A stretch of DNA of 64,000 nt from an uncultured Microbacteriaceae bacterium (lineage in GTDB: Bacteria > Actinomycetota > Actinomycetes > Actinomycetales > Microbacteriaceae), in NCBI GenBank assembly GCA_947085045.1, contig CAMTUU010000003.1, positions 42,013-106,012 on the forward strand, written 5' to 3'. Shown piece after piece: positions 29,242-37,939 of this stretch; the stretch's first letter is position 1, and each line of letters starts with the position of its first letter. The translations under genes and the position numbers were made by a program. Below the pieces are notes generated by a model. It made no database searches. It saw only the letters and a program-made list of their open reading frames with translations, and was not told where the DNA came from.

Positions 29242-29459
29242 GTTCCCCGCACCAACTCGTTCGTCGTCATCGATTCGCCGCCCGGGACCGACCCGCCGCG
29301 GCAGGAAAAGTCTCAACGACGACTTGAACCTAGCCCAGTGGCGCGGTCGAGCCGGTTCATCTGCGGGGTGTCCGACATCCCGCCGGCGATCGCGATTGGC
29401 GTTAACGACGCGCCGACCGTATGCTTGACCCTCGGTTGCTGTGCGGTCTCGCACTTCAC
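29242..29459 (-). promoter_or_regulatory. Conserved structured leader, copy B, plus promoter region of the hydrolase cassette
   Basis: Shares the GGAUGUCGGACACCCCG ... CUAGGUUCAAGUCGNCGUUGAGACUU blocks with copy A. Potential helix 29316-29322 with 29261-29267. Confidence 0.55.
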
Positions 29460-29532
29460 GGCCCCATCGTTTAGTGGCCTAGGACACCGCCCTTTCACGG
29501 CGGCAGCACGGGTTCGAATCCCGTTGGGGTCA
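29460..29532 (+). tRNA. tRNA-Glu (anticodon UUC)
   Basis: GGCCCCATCGTTTAGTGGCCTAGGACACCGCCCTTTCACGGCGGCAGCACGGGTTCGAATCCCGTTGGGGTCA folds as a cloverleaf with anticodon loop CTTTCAC. No encoded CCA. Confidence 0.9.
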
Positions 29533-29565
29533 CTCACACAGCACCGCCCACAACTCAATACGCAT

Positions 29566-29639
29566 GGCCCTGTAGCGCAGTTGGTTAGCGTGCCGCCCTG
29601 TCACGGCGGAGGTCGCGGGTTCAAGTCCCGTCAGGGTCG
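29566..29639 (+). tRNA. tRNA-Asp (anticodon GUC)
   Basis: GGCCCTGTAGCGCAGTTGGTTAGCG..CCTGTCACGG..GCGGGTTCAAGTCCCGTCAGGGTCG folds as a cloverleaf with anticodon loop CTGTCAC. Confidence 0.9.
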
Positions 29640-29708
29640 CGGAGTGGAAGCCTTTCCGCGAGGAAAGGCTTCTTCCACATCAGACGTCGTTCGACGAACG
29701 TCGGCTGA

Positions 29709-29784
29709 GGCTCTGTAGCTCAGTTGGTAGAGCGTCCGACTGAAAATCGGAAGGTCACCGGATCGACGCCGGTCGGAGCCACCA
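29709..29784 (+). tRNA. tRNA-Phe (anticodon GAA), CCA encoded
   Basis: GGCTCTGTAGCTCAGTTGGTAGAGCGTCCGACTGAAAATCGGAAGGTCACCGGATCGACGCCGGTCGGAGCCACCA. T-loop reads ATCGACG. Confidence 0.88.
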
Positions 29785-29790
29785 GCGAAT

Positions 29791-29825
29791 CCCCCGCAGT
29801 TCGTCCGAACTGACGGGGGTTTCGT
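29791..29825 (+). terminator. Rho-independent terminator of the tRNA array
   Basis: CCCCCGCAGTTCG-TCC-GAACTG(A)CGGGGG followed by TTTCGT. Confidence 0.75.
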
Positions 29826-29857
29826 CATTCGAGGGGCCGCACCATCGGGAGGCGGGC

Positions 29858-30877
29858 ATGAAGATCGGGATGCTCGCGCCGGTCGCCTGGCGCACCCCGC
29901 CCGAGCACTACGGCCCGTGGGAACGCGTAGCCGGCCTGCTCACCGAGGGGCTCGTCGCCGCGGGCCACGACGTCACCCTGTTCGCGACCGCCGACTCGAT
30001 CACGACGGCGACCCTGGATGCCGTGGTGCCGCACGGCTACGCGGGCGACGACGCTCTCGACGGCCGCGTGCAGGAGGCGCTGCACATCGGGCACGCGCTC
30101 GACCGGTCGGGCGAGTTCGACCTGATCCACAGCCACCTCGACTGGCTGCCGCTCGCTCTCGCCGGCGCGTGGCGCGCCCCGCTCGTCACGACCGTGCACG
30201 GCTTCTCGGGATCTCAGATCCTGCCGGCGTACCGCGCCGGACTCGCGGTGCCCGGCGCGGCCCACCTGGTCGCGATCTCGGCGGCCGACCGGCATTCGGA
30301 CCTCGACTACGTCGCGACCGTGCACCACGGGATCGACCTGGGCGAGTTCACCGCCACGACCGCGTCGGGCGAGGCGCTGATGGTCCTCGGACGCATCCAT
30401 CCCGACAAGGGCACGGCGGATGCCATCGCGATCGCCCGCGCCGCCGACCGACCCCTGCTGATCGCGGGGATCGTCCACGATCAGCGGTACTTCGACGAGG
30501 AGGTCGCGCCGCACCTCGACGGCGACGGGGTCCGGTACCTCGGCTCGATCGGCGCCGACGAGCGGAACCGCACTCTCGGCTCGGTCGCGGCCCTGCTGCA
30601 TCCCATCCACTTCGACGAGCCGTTCGGGCTGTCGGTCGTCGAGGCGATGGCCTGCGGCACCCCGGTGATCGCCTACCGCCGCGGGTCGATGGCCGAGGTG
30701 ATCGACGAGGGCGTCACCGGCTTCGCCGTCGCCGGGCTCGAGGAAGCGACCGCCGCCGTCCCCGCCGCTGCGGCGCTCGACCGAAGCGTCGTCCGGGCGA
30801 CCGCGGAACGCCGGTTCGGCGTCGCCCGCATGGTCGAGGAGTACGTCGCCGTCTACCGGCGCATCCTCTCGGCTTAG
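29858..30877 (+). CDS. Glycosyltransferase family 4 (GT-B)
   Basis: 339 aa, MKIGMLAPVAW...HDVTLFAT...IHSHLDW.., C-terminal ..FGLSVVEAMACGTPVIAYRRGSMAEVI..GVTGF. Confidence 0.9.
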   Translation: MKIGMLAPVAWRTPPEHYGPWERVAGLLTEGLVAAGHDVTLFATADSITTATLDAVVPHGYAGDDALDGRVQEALHIGHALDRSGEFDLIHSHLDWLPLALAGAWRAPLVTTVHGFSGSQILPAYRAGLAVPGAAHLVAISAADRHSDLDYVATVHHGIDLGEFTATTASGEALMVLGRIHPDKGTADAIAIARAADRPLLIAGIVHDQRYFDEEVAPHLDGDGVRYLGSIGADERNRTLGSVAALLHPIHFDEPFGLSVVEAMACGTPVIAYRRGSMAEVIDEGVTGFAVAGLEEATAAVPAAAALDRSVVRATAERRFGVARMVEEYVAVYRRILSA

Positions 30878-31155
30878 CCGTTCGGCAGGCCGCGGTCCCG
30901 CAGATACTCGGCGTGGCCGCGCAACGCCGCCTGGTACCGGTCGATGTCGGGCGAGTGCACATGATCGGCCATCACGTCGAGCAGGACCGCGAAGGCCGGC
31001 ACAGCGTCCGAGGTTGCGCAGGGTGGAGCCGTACTGCACGGCGCCGCGGCGGGCGAGATCCCCGTCGAGACCGGCGGCGATCGCGCGCTCGTCGGAGCCA
31101 TGTCGTCCCGGTTCCGTGCCTCGGAGATGCGGTCGAGGTCGTCGTCGAGGGTCAC
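30874..31155 (-). CDS. Hypothetical 93-aa ORF with internal frame anomaly
   Basis: GTG at 31155; ends look protein-like (VTLDDDLDRISEARNRDD.. and ..AFAVLLDVMADHVHSPDIDRYQAALRGHAEYLRDRGLPNG). The middle 30 codons are Ala/Pro/Ser/Thr-rich with lower GC3. Its stop overlaps the GT4 stop. Confidence 0.35.
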   Translation of the reverse strand: MTLDDDLDRISEARNRDDMAPTSARSPPVSTGISPAAAPCSTAPPCATSDAVPAFAVLLDVMADHVHSPDIDRYQAALRGHAEYLRDRGLPNG

Positions 31156-31172
31156 GGATCCGGTCTGTCGCG

Positions 31173-31829
31173 TCAGCTGATGATGTTGACCGCGCGGGCG
31201 ATGACGAGGGCGAGCAGCACGAAACCGGTGAGCGACTCGTAGCCCATGAACGCCTTCGCCCGGCGGGTGAGCGGCATCACGTCGGTCGGGCTGAACGCCA
31301 TCATCGAGCTCAGCGAGAAGTACAGATAGTCGAAGAACTCCGGGCGCCACCGCGGGTCGAGCCCGGGCGAGCCGTCCTCCTGCGGGAACCGAAAGTCCAT
31401 CGGGGCGTCGTCGCGCACCCCCTCGAACCGCCGGGCGAACGGGCCGCCGCGGTCGATCTCCCAGAAGACGACCGCGAAGGCGATCACGTTCGTCACCCAC
31501 ACGCCGGCGGCGACGTACACGACCGTCACGCCGACGCCGCGGCCGTTGAGCAGCTGGTCGAGGATCTGCACGATGTAGACCTGGTTGACGAGCGCCAGCG
31601 CCACGGCGATCCCGACCCCGAGCCCGCGCGACCAGGACGTCTCGCGGCCGAGCCGCCGGGGGTTGAGCACGACGAGCGGGATGTAGGCGACGAGCGCCGC
31701 GACCGGGAACACCCACGACGGCAGCCAGGCGAACGGGGCCGGCAGGATCGCGTAGACGCCGAGGGCGAGGATGATCGCCACGGCGGCGGGCCAGCGGTGC
31801 TCCGGCTTCGGCCCGGCGGCGGCAGTCAT
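31173..31829 (-). CDS. DUF1345 family membrane protein
   Basis: 218 aa from the ATG at 31829 (MTAAAGPKPEHRWPAAVAI..). Several TM helices and the conserved ..FFDYLYFSLSSMMAFSPTDV.. region. The longer track ORF upstream is not protein-like. Confidence 0.8.
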   Translation of the reverse strand: MTAAAGPKPEHRWPAAVAIILALGVYAILPAPFAWLPSWVFPVAALVAYIPLVVLNPRRLGRETSWSRGLGVGIAVALALVNQVYIVQILDQLLNGRGVGVTVVYVAAGVWVTNVIAFAVVFWEIDRGGPFARRFEGVRDDAPMDFRFPQEDGSPGLDPRWRPEFFDYLYFSLSSMMAFSPTDVMPLTRRAKAFMGYESLTGFVLLALVIARAVNIIS

Positions 31830-32141
31830 GGAGCGAGTATGGCCCGCGATGCCGTCCGGCTCACGTCCGCCACGGCAGGACGCGCCCCGACGCCGGGTCG
31901 GGCCGCGTGCGGGGATCGGGATGGGAGTGCCCGGTGAACCGGTAGAGCGCCACCGGTGACGACTTCGACCTCCTCGCGCACCCCACGCTCCGATCCCGTC
32001 GTGTGGATCAGAGCCGCCGTGAAGTTCGCCCGCGCGCGCATCCTCCTTCGACGGTGGGCAGCACAGGTCCGCCGCCGTCAGGGATCGACTCCCGGCCGAG
32101 CTGGTGTTCCCTCGGACGGTGGTGGCGCCTAGCGTGACGGG

Positions 32142-32831
32142 ATGGACGTCATCCTCATCCCTGGTTTCTGGCTCGACTCCTCCGCGTGGGACGACATCGT
32201 TCCCGCCATCCGCACCGCGGGACACGATCCGCGCCCGATCACCCTCCCGGGCCTGGTGCCCGCCGACCCCGAGGTGGGTCTGCGCGACCAGATCGACTTC
32301 GTCGTCGACCTGGTGGATGCCGCCGCCGCCCCCGTCGTGCTGGTCGGTCACTCGGGCGGGGGTGCGGTCGCGCACGGCGTCGTGGATGCCCGTCCCGCCC
32401 GCGTCGCGAAGGTGATCTACGTCGACTCCGGCCCGCTCGGCGACGGCAACGTCATCAACGACGGCTTCGAGGCCGACGATGACGGGATGGTCCCACTGCC
32501 CGACAAGATGATCTTCGACGACGAGTCGGTCGTCGGCATGGACGACGCGATCTGGGGCGCGTTCGCGGAGCGGGCGATCCCGATCCCCGAGAAGGTCGCG
32601 ACCGAGAAGCAGGTGCTCTCCGACCCGCGGCGGTACGACGTGCCCGTCACCGTCATCACGTCGGAGATGTCGGAGGCGACGCTGCGCGAACTCATCGCCG
32701 GCAAGCACCCGTACGTCGCCGAACTCGCCGCCGTGAAGGACTACGAGATCGTCGAACTGCCCACGGGGCACTGGCCGATGTTCACCACGCCGGGGCAGCT
32801 CGCCGAGAAGATCGCCGCCGCCCTGCCCTGA
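32142..32831 (+). CDS. Alpha/beta hydrolase
   Basis: 229 aa, MDVILIPGFWLDSSAW.., nucleophile elbow VGHSGGG. Confidence 0.85.
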   Translation: MDVILIPGFWLDSSAWDDIVPAIRTAGHDPRPITLPGLVPADPEVGLRDQIDFVVDLVDAAAAPVVLVGHSGGGAVAHGVVDARPARVAKVIYVDSGPLGDGNVINDGFEADDDGMVPLPDKMIFDDESVVGMDDAIWGAFAERAIPIPEKVATEKQVLSDPRRYDVPVTVITSEMSEATLRELIAGKHPYVAELAAVKDYEIVELPTGHWPMFTTPGQLAEKIAAALP

Positions 32832-32835
32832 GCGC

Positions 32836-34884
32836 CTACTTCTTCGAGGGGGCCTTCTCCTCGACGGGAGCCCTGCCCGACGCCTTCAGGTCGGCGTAGT
32901 ATGCGCGGGCTTCGTCCTGGCGCTCCTTCTCGGCGCCCGACGCGATCGGCGCCCGCAGGTGCTCGGGCGCGAAGCCGAAGGCATCCACGAGGTCGAGTGC
33001 GTGCGTGCGCAGACGCGGCAGCAGGCGGTCGTCGATGTAGTCGGTGATCGCCGTCGCGCGGGTCGTCGAGAGCCGCCCGTTGATGAGGTACCAGGCGGCG
33101 TGCTTCTCGATCAGCGTGAACCCGAACAGGTCGCGCAGCCAGGTGAGCACCTTCCTGGTGTCGGCATCCTGGATCCCGTCGAGCGCGTCGCTGAACGCCT
33201 CCCATTCCAGCAGCTCGGAGTGCGCGTACGCCGCCTCGATCAGCTCGTTCTGGTTGGCGTTGAACAGCGCGGCGGCCTCGAGCGGCGAGAGCTGCCCGAC
33301 GCCCTTCAGCCGCCCGGCGATCTCCGCGACCATCGAGTGCACGCGGTCGGTGAGCAGCTGGCGCTGCGCGTCGGCGCCGCGGACGAACCCGATCGATCGG
33401 GCGCGCGAGCCGAAGTCCTGGATGCTCTGGCCGAGCGCCCGCAGACCCGAGCGGTTGACCGCGACCTCGCCGACCTGCGCCGCGACGAGCCCGGCGATGG
33501 CGGCGGCATCCGCGTTCTTGAATCCCTTCGCGAAGTCGGCGAGCAGGCGCTTCGCGACCAGCTGGAGCAGCACGTTGTTGTCACCCTCGAAGGTCACGTA
33601 GATGTCGAGGTCCTGACGCAGCTGGGTGAAGCGGTTCTCGGCGAGGAAGCCGGCGCCGCCGCACGCCTCGCGCGACTCCTGCAGGATGTCGAGCGCCGAC
33701 CAGGTCGAGAACGGCTTGAGCGCGGCCGCGAGGGTCTCCAGCTCCTGCCGGTCGGCATCCGTGTCGCTGGCGCCACTGAACACCGAGTCGAACTTCTCGA
33801 GCAGCCGCTCGTGCGCGAACGACATCGCGTACGTCGTGGCGAGGCGGGTCAGCAGCCGGCGCTGGTGCTTCTGGTAGTCGAGCAGCACGACCTCCGATCC
33901 GTCGGGTCCGTCGGCGAACTGCCGGCGCTCGGAGCCGTAGGTGATCGCGATCTTGAGCGCGAGCTTCGAGGCGACGACCGCAGCACCGTCGAGCGAGACA
34001 CGGCCCTGCACGAGGGTGCCGATCATCGTGAAGAAGCGGCGGCCGGGGCTCGCGATGCTCGACGTGTAGACGCCGTTCTCGTCGACGTCGCCGTAGCGGT
34101 TGAGCAGGTTGGTGCGGGGCACGCGCACGCCGGAGAAGTGCAGCCGGCCGTTGTCGATGCCGTTGAGCCCGCCCTTGAGCCCGTCGTCCTCGCCGCCGAC
34201 GCCCGGCAGGAAGTCCTTGCCGTCGCGGATCGGCACGTAGAGGGCGTGCACGCCGTGGTTGACCCCGCCGACGATCAGCTGCGCGAACACGACCGCGGCT
34301 TGGCCGTCCTTCGCGGCGTTGCCGAGGTAGTCCTTCCAGGCGGCGCGGAACGGGGTGTCGATCACGAACTCGTCCCGCGCGGGGTCGAAGGTGGCGGTCG
34401 TGCCGATGCTCGCGACATCCGACCCGTGTCCGGTCTCGGTCATCGCGAACGCGCCGGGCACGGCGAGGCTCATCGCGCCGGGCAGGAACTGCTCGTGGTG
34501 GCGCTCCGTCCCGAGGTGCAGGATGGCGGCCGCGAACAGGCCCCACTGCACGCCCGACTTGATCTGCAGCGACGGGTCGGCGAGCACGATCTCCTGGAAC
34601 TGCGCGAGGTTGCCGCCGTGGTCGTCGAAGCCGCCGAGGCTCGCCGGGAAGGCGCGCAGCACGGCGCGCTCCTCGACGAGGCGGTGCAGCTGCCCGAGGG
34701 CGCGCTCGCGATGCTCGGCCATCGACTGGCCCGGGATGCGGTGGAACTCCTCGCGCTTCATCAGCTCGCGCGACGCCAGGCGTACGTCCTTCCAGCGGCC
34801 GAGCAGTGTCTCGCCGAGCGCGGCGACGTCGATGTGCAGGGCGGCGGGCGCCGACTCGGTGGCGCGGTCCACGAGATCCGTCAT
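32836..34884 (-). CDS. Acyl-CoA oxidase/dehydrogenase family protein
   Basis: 682 aa. ACOX-like N-terminal, middle (..FAMTETGHGSDV..) and two C-terminal helical domains. Confidence 0.9.
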   Translation of the reverse strand: MTDLVDRATESAPAALHIDVAALGETLLGRWKDVRLASRELMKREEFHRIPGQSMAEHRERALGQLHRLVEERAVLRAFPASLGGFDDHGGNLAQFQEIVLADPSLQIKSGVQWGLFAAAILHLGTERHHEQFLPGAMSLAVPGAFAMTETGHGSDVASIGTTATFDPARDEFVIDTPFRAAWKDYLGNAAKDGQAAVVFAQLIVGGVNHGVHALYVPIRDGKDFLPGVGGEDDGLKGGLNGIDNGRLHFSGVRVPRTNLLNRYGDVDENGVYTSSIASPGRRFFTMIGTLVQGRVSLDGAAVVASKLALKIAITYGSERRQFADGPDGSEVVLLDYQKHQRRLLTRLATTYAMSFAHERLLEKFDSVFSGASDTDADRQELETLAAALKPFSTWSALDILQESREACGGAGFLAENRFTQLRQDLDIYVTFEGDNNVLLQLVAKRLLADFAKGFKNADAAAIAGLVAAQVGEVAVNRSGLRALGQSIQDFGSRARSIGFVRGADAQRQLLTDRVHSMVAEIAGRLKGVGQLSPLEAAALFNANQNELIEAAYAHSELLEWEAFSDALDGIQDADTRKVLTWLRDLFGFTLIEKHAAWYLINGRLSTTRATAITDYIDDRLLPRLRTHALDLVDAFGFAPEHLRAPIASGAEKERQDEARAYYADLKASGRAPVEEKAPSKK

Positions 34885-34942
34885 GGCAACACGGTACGTC
34901 TGGCCCGCGCGGGCCGCCGGAATCGTCGTCGAGGGCTACGAA

Positions 34943-34963
34943 CCCGACCCACTCCGGGTCGGG
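34943..34963 (-). terminator. Hairpin downstream of the metallopeptidase gene
   Basis: CCCGACCC-ACTCC-GGGTCGGG (8-bp stem); weak T content after it on the minus strand. Confidence 0.3.
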
Positions 34964-34967
34964 GCGG

Positions 34968-34986
34968 GTTGTGGATACTCCACAAC
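34968..34986. promoter_or_regulatory. Perfect palindrome upstream of the acyl-CoA oxidase gene
   Basis: GTTGTGGA-TAC-TCCACAAC, 84-102 nt upstream of the start at 34884. Confidence 0.3.
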
Positions 34987-35077
34987 GGCGGGTGCCGGAG
35001 TACGGAGCAGTCCTACAGCTCGCCGCGGCGCACGCTCGGCGGCTGCACCGGCCAGGCCTCGCCGGTGACCTTCGGGC

Positions 35078-35953
35078 TCACAGCTCGGATCCCGTCGCCG
35101 CGAAGGTGTCGCAGGCACCGACGCCTTGTGTGTATCCGGCGGTGAACCACTTCTGCCGCGACTCGCTCGAGCCGTGCGTCCAGGTTTCGGGGTTCACCTG
35201 ACCGCCGCCGAGCGTCTCCTGGATGTTGTCGTCGCCGACGGCGGCTGCCGCGTTGAGGGCGTCGGCGATCTCGGCGTCGGTCGGCTCGACCAGGAACGGC
35301 ACCCCGTTCTCGTCGGGCACCGTGCTCGCCGCCTTCACCCACGATCCCGCGTAGCAGTCGGCCTGCAGTTCGAGCCGGACGCCGTCGGAGGTCGGGCCCT
35401 GATCCTGCAGGTCGAGGCCGTTCATCGTGCCGGTGATGTTCTGGACGTGGTGGCCCCACTCGTGCGCGACGACGTAGAGCTGAGCGAGCGGGCCGCCCGT
35501 GGCGCCGAACTGGGTGCGTAGGTCGTCGTAGAACGCGGTGTCGAGGTAGACCATCTGGTCGGGCGGGCAGTAGAACGGGCCCGTCGCGCTCGTGGCGTTG
35601 CCGCATCCGGTGCTGACCGAATCGGTGAAGATCACGAGGTTGGCGGGCCCGGTGTAGCCGTCGACCTGGGTCTCCCAGTACGTATCCAGCGCGGCCGCGG
35701 CGCCCTTCATGCGGCACTCGATGTCCTGATTGGCGTCCTCGCCGGTCTGACACTGCGCGAGGCTCTCCTCGGTCGGCGTGCCACCGCCGCCTTGGATGAC
35801 CGGGGCCAGCCCGGTGAGATCGACCCCGACGAGCTGAGACACGACGAACAGTGCGATGACGACGAGACCGCCGCCGCCAGCGCCGAGGGCGGCGTTGCGG
35901 CCCCGCTTCGAGACGCGTCCGCCACCGATGTTCGCGTTGTCGTTGAAGGTCAT
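35078..35953 (-). CDS. Neutral zinc metallopeptidase (YpfJ-like)
   Basis: 291 aa with an N-terminal Gly-rich/TM segment and a HEWGHHVQN zinc motif. Confidence 0.88.
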   Translation of the reverse strand: MTFNDNANIGGGRVSKRGRNAALGAGGGGLVVIALFVVSQLVGVDLTGLAPVIQGGGGTPTEESLAQCQTGEDANQDIECRMKGAAAALDTYWETQVDGYTGPANLVIFTDSVSTGCGNATSATGPFYCPPDQMVYLDTAFYDDLRTQFGATGGPLAQLYVVAHEWGHHVQNITGTMNGLDLQDQGPTSDGVRLELQADCYAGSWVKAASTVPDENGVPFLVEPTDAEIADALNAAAAVGDDNIQETLGGGQVNPETWTHGSSESRQKWFTAGYTQGVGACDTFAATGSEL

Positions 35954-36012
35954 GCGAGAACGCTACCGGGGCGCGCGCGGGCCAGGACGCCCCTGGCAAC
36001 GCGGCCCGCGCG

Positions 36013-37851
36013 TCACGCCGCATCGGCGGCGGCCGCCGCGACCACCTCGACCACGCCCGCGCCGTAGGACTCGAGCTTCTTCTCGCCGACGCCGCTGATC
36101 GTGGCGAGCTCCTCGAGAGAGCCGGGCTTCGTCACCGCGATGCCGCGCAGGGTCGCGTCGCCGAACACGATGTACGCCGGAACGCCCTGCTCGCGTGCGA
36201 CGCCCGCCCGCCACTCCCGTAGCTTCTCGAACAGGCCGCGGGCCGCTTCCGGCAGTTCCGCTCCGGCGGTGCGCTTCGCCGCGCGGGCCTTCCGCTCGGG
36301 CTCGCGGCGCAGCATCACCTTGCGCGACCCGTCGAGCACCTCGGCCGCGGCCGGCGCGATGACGAGGGTGCCGTAGCCGTCGGCGCTCACCGACAACAGA
36401 CTCTGCGCGAGCAACTGGCGCACGACACCGCGCCACTCCTGCTCGCCGAGCTCGGTACCGATGCCGAAGGTCCTCAGCTCGTCGTGCCGGTTCGATCGCA
36501 CGCGCTCGGTCTCCTTGCCGAGCAGGATGTCGATCAGCTGCCCGGCGCCGAAGCGCTGGTTGCGCTCGCGCTGCAGCCGCACCACGGTGGAGAGCAGTTT
36601 CTGCGCCGGGATCGTGCCGTCGAAGGCTTCCGGCGGCGAGAGGCAGGTGTCGCAATTGCCGCACGGGTCGCTCGGCTGCCCGAAGTAGCCGAGCAGCTGC
36701 ACCCGGCGGCACGAGACCGTCTCGCAGAGCGCGAGCATCGCGTCGAGGTGCTGGCCCATGCGCTGCTTGTGCGCACGGTCGCCGTCGCCCTCGTCGATCA
36801 TGCGGCGCTGCTGCACGACGTCCTGGAGACCGTAGGCCAGCCAGGCCGTCGAGGGCAACCCGTCGCGGCCCGCGCGGCCGGTCTCCTGGTAGTAGCCCTC
36901 GACGCTCTTCGGCAGGTCGAGGTGGGCGACGAACCGCACGTCGGGCTTGTCGATGCCCATGCCGAACGCGATCGTCGCGACCATCACGATGCCGTCCTCG
37001 CGCAGGAACCGCGACTGGTTGCGCGACCGCACGCCGGCGTCGAGACCCGCGTGGTACGGCAGGGCCGGGATGCCTTCCGCCACGAGCGCGTCGGCCGTCT
37101 TCTCGACCGAGGCGCGCGACAGGCAGTAGACGATGCCGGCGTCGCCCGGGTGCTCGGTCTTGAGCAACGACAGCAGCTGCCCGAACGACTGATTCTTCGG
37201 ATCGATGCGGTACTGGATGTTGGGCCGGTCGAACGACGACACGAACCACCGCGCGTCGCGCAGCTCGAGCCGCTCGGCGATCTCCCGCCGGGTGGCCTCG
37301 GTCGCGGTCGCGGTGAGCGCGATCCGCGGCACACCCGGCCAGCGCTCGTGCAGCACCGAGAGCAGCAGGTAGTCGGGCCGGAAGTCGTGGCCCCACTGCG
37401 ACACGCAATGAGCCTCGTCGATCGCGAACACGCCGATGTTGACGCGGTCGAGGAGGGCGAGGGTCTGCTGCAGCTTGAGCCGCTCCGGGGCGAGGTAGAG
37501 CAGGTCGATGTCGCCGGCGAGCAGCTCGCTCTCGACGCGGTGCCGCTCCGCCGCGTCCTGCGTCGAGTTGAGGAACGCCGCCCGCACGCCGACGGCGGAG
37601 AGGGCATCCACCTGATCCTGCATGAGGGCGATGAGCGGCGAGATCACGACGCCGGTGCCGGGTCGCACGAGCGCCGGGATCTGGTAGCACAGCGACTTGC
37701 CGCCGCCGGTGGGCATCAGCACGAGGGCGTCGCCGCCGGAGACGACCCGGTCGATGATCGCCGCCTGCTCGCCGCGGAAGTCGGCGTACCCGAAGACGCG
37801 GCGGAGGATGTCGACGGCCGCGTCAGGTGCTTCGCCGCGAGAGGTCGTCAC
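36013..37851 (-). CDS. recQ: ATP-dependent DNA helicase RecQ
   Basis: ..FGYADFRGEQ..LVLMPTGGGKSLCYQIPA.., DEAHCVSQWGHDFRPDY, RQC and HRDC regions. Start at the GTG at 37851, leaving 88 nt to the divergent gene. Confidence 0.93.
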   Translation of the reverse strand: MTTSRGEAPDAAVDILRRVFGYADFRGEQAAIIDRVVSGGDALVLMPTGGGKSLCYQIPALVRPGTGVVISPLIALMQDQVDALSAVGVRAAFLNSTQDAAERHRVESELLAGDIDLLYLAPERLKLQQTLALLDRVNIGVFAIDEAHCVSQWGHDFRPDYLLLSVLHERWPGVPRIALTATATEATRREIAERLELRDARWFVSSFDRPNIQYRIDPKNQSFGQLLSLLKTEHPGDAGIVYCLSRASVEKTADALVAEGIPALPYHAGLDAGVRSRNQSRFLREDGIVMVATIAFGMGIDKPDVRFVAHLDLPKSVEGYYQETGRAGRDGLPSTAWLAYGLQDVVQQRRMIDEGDGDRAHKQRMGQHLDAMLALCETVSCRRVQLLGYFGQPSDPCGNCDTCLSPPEAFDGTIPAQKLLSTVVRLQRERNQRFGAGQLIDILLGKETERVRSNRHDELRTFGIGTELGEQEWRGVVRQLLAQSLLSVSADGYGTLVIAPAAAEVLDGSRKVMLRREPERKARAAKRTAGAELPEAARGLFEKLREWRAGVAREQGVPAYIVFGDATLRGIAVTKPGSLEELATISGVGEKKLESYGAGVVEVVAAAAADAA

Positions 37852-37939
37852 GCGCCCCACCCTACGACGGACCGCCGATCGTGGTCCCGGCGAGCGCGCG
37901 GGTGCGGAGGGGTCGCGGGTCAGCGCTACCGTGAAGGAC

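Noticed and set aside
29640-29708. Two hairpins in the spacer between tRNA-Asp and tRNA-Phe (GGAAGCCTTTCC-GCGA-GGAAAGGCTTC and GACGT..ACGTC).
   Set aside because: They are short and sit inside a co-transcribed tRNA array. They are most simply processing or stability structures, and nothing suggests a separate gene.
31826-32041. 71-aa minus-strand ORF with GAAGGAGG next to its ATG and an ATGA overlap with the DUF1345 start.
   Set aside because: The SD-like sequence abuts the ATG with no spacing. GC3 is only about 75%, against 90% or more in real genes here. The C-terminal half is Pro/Arg/Ala-rich, so it is probably non-coding leader sequence.
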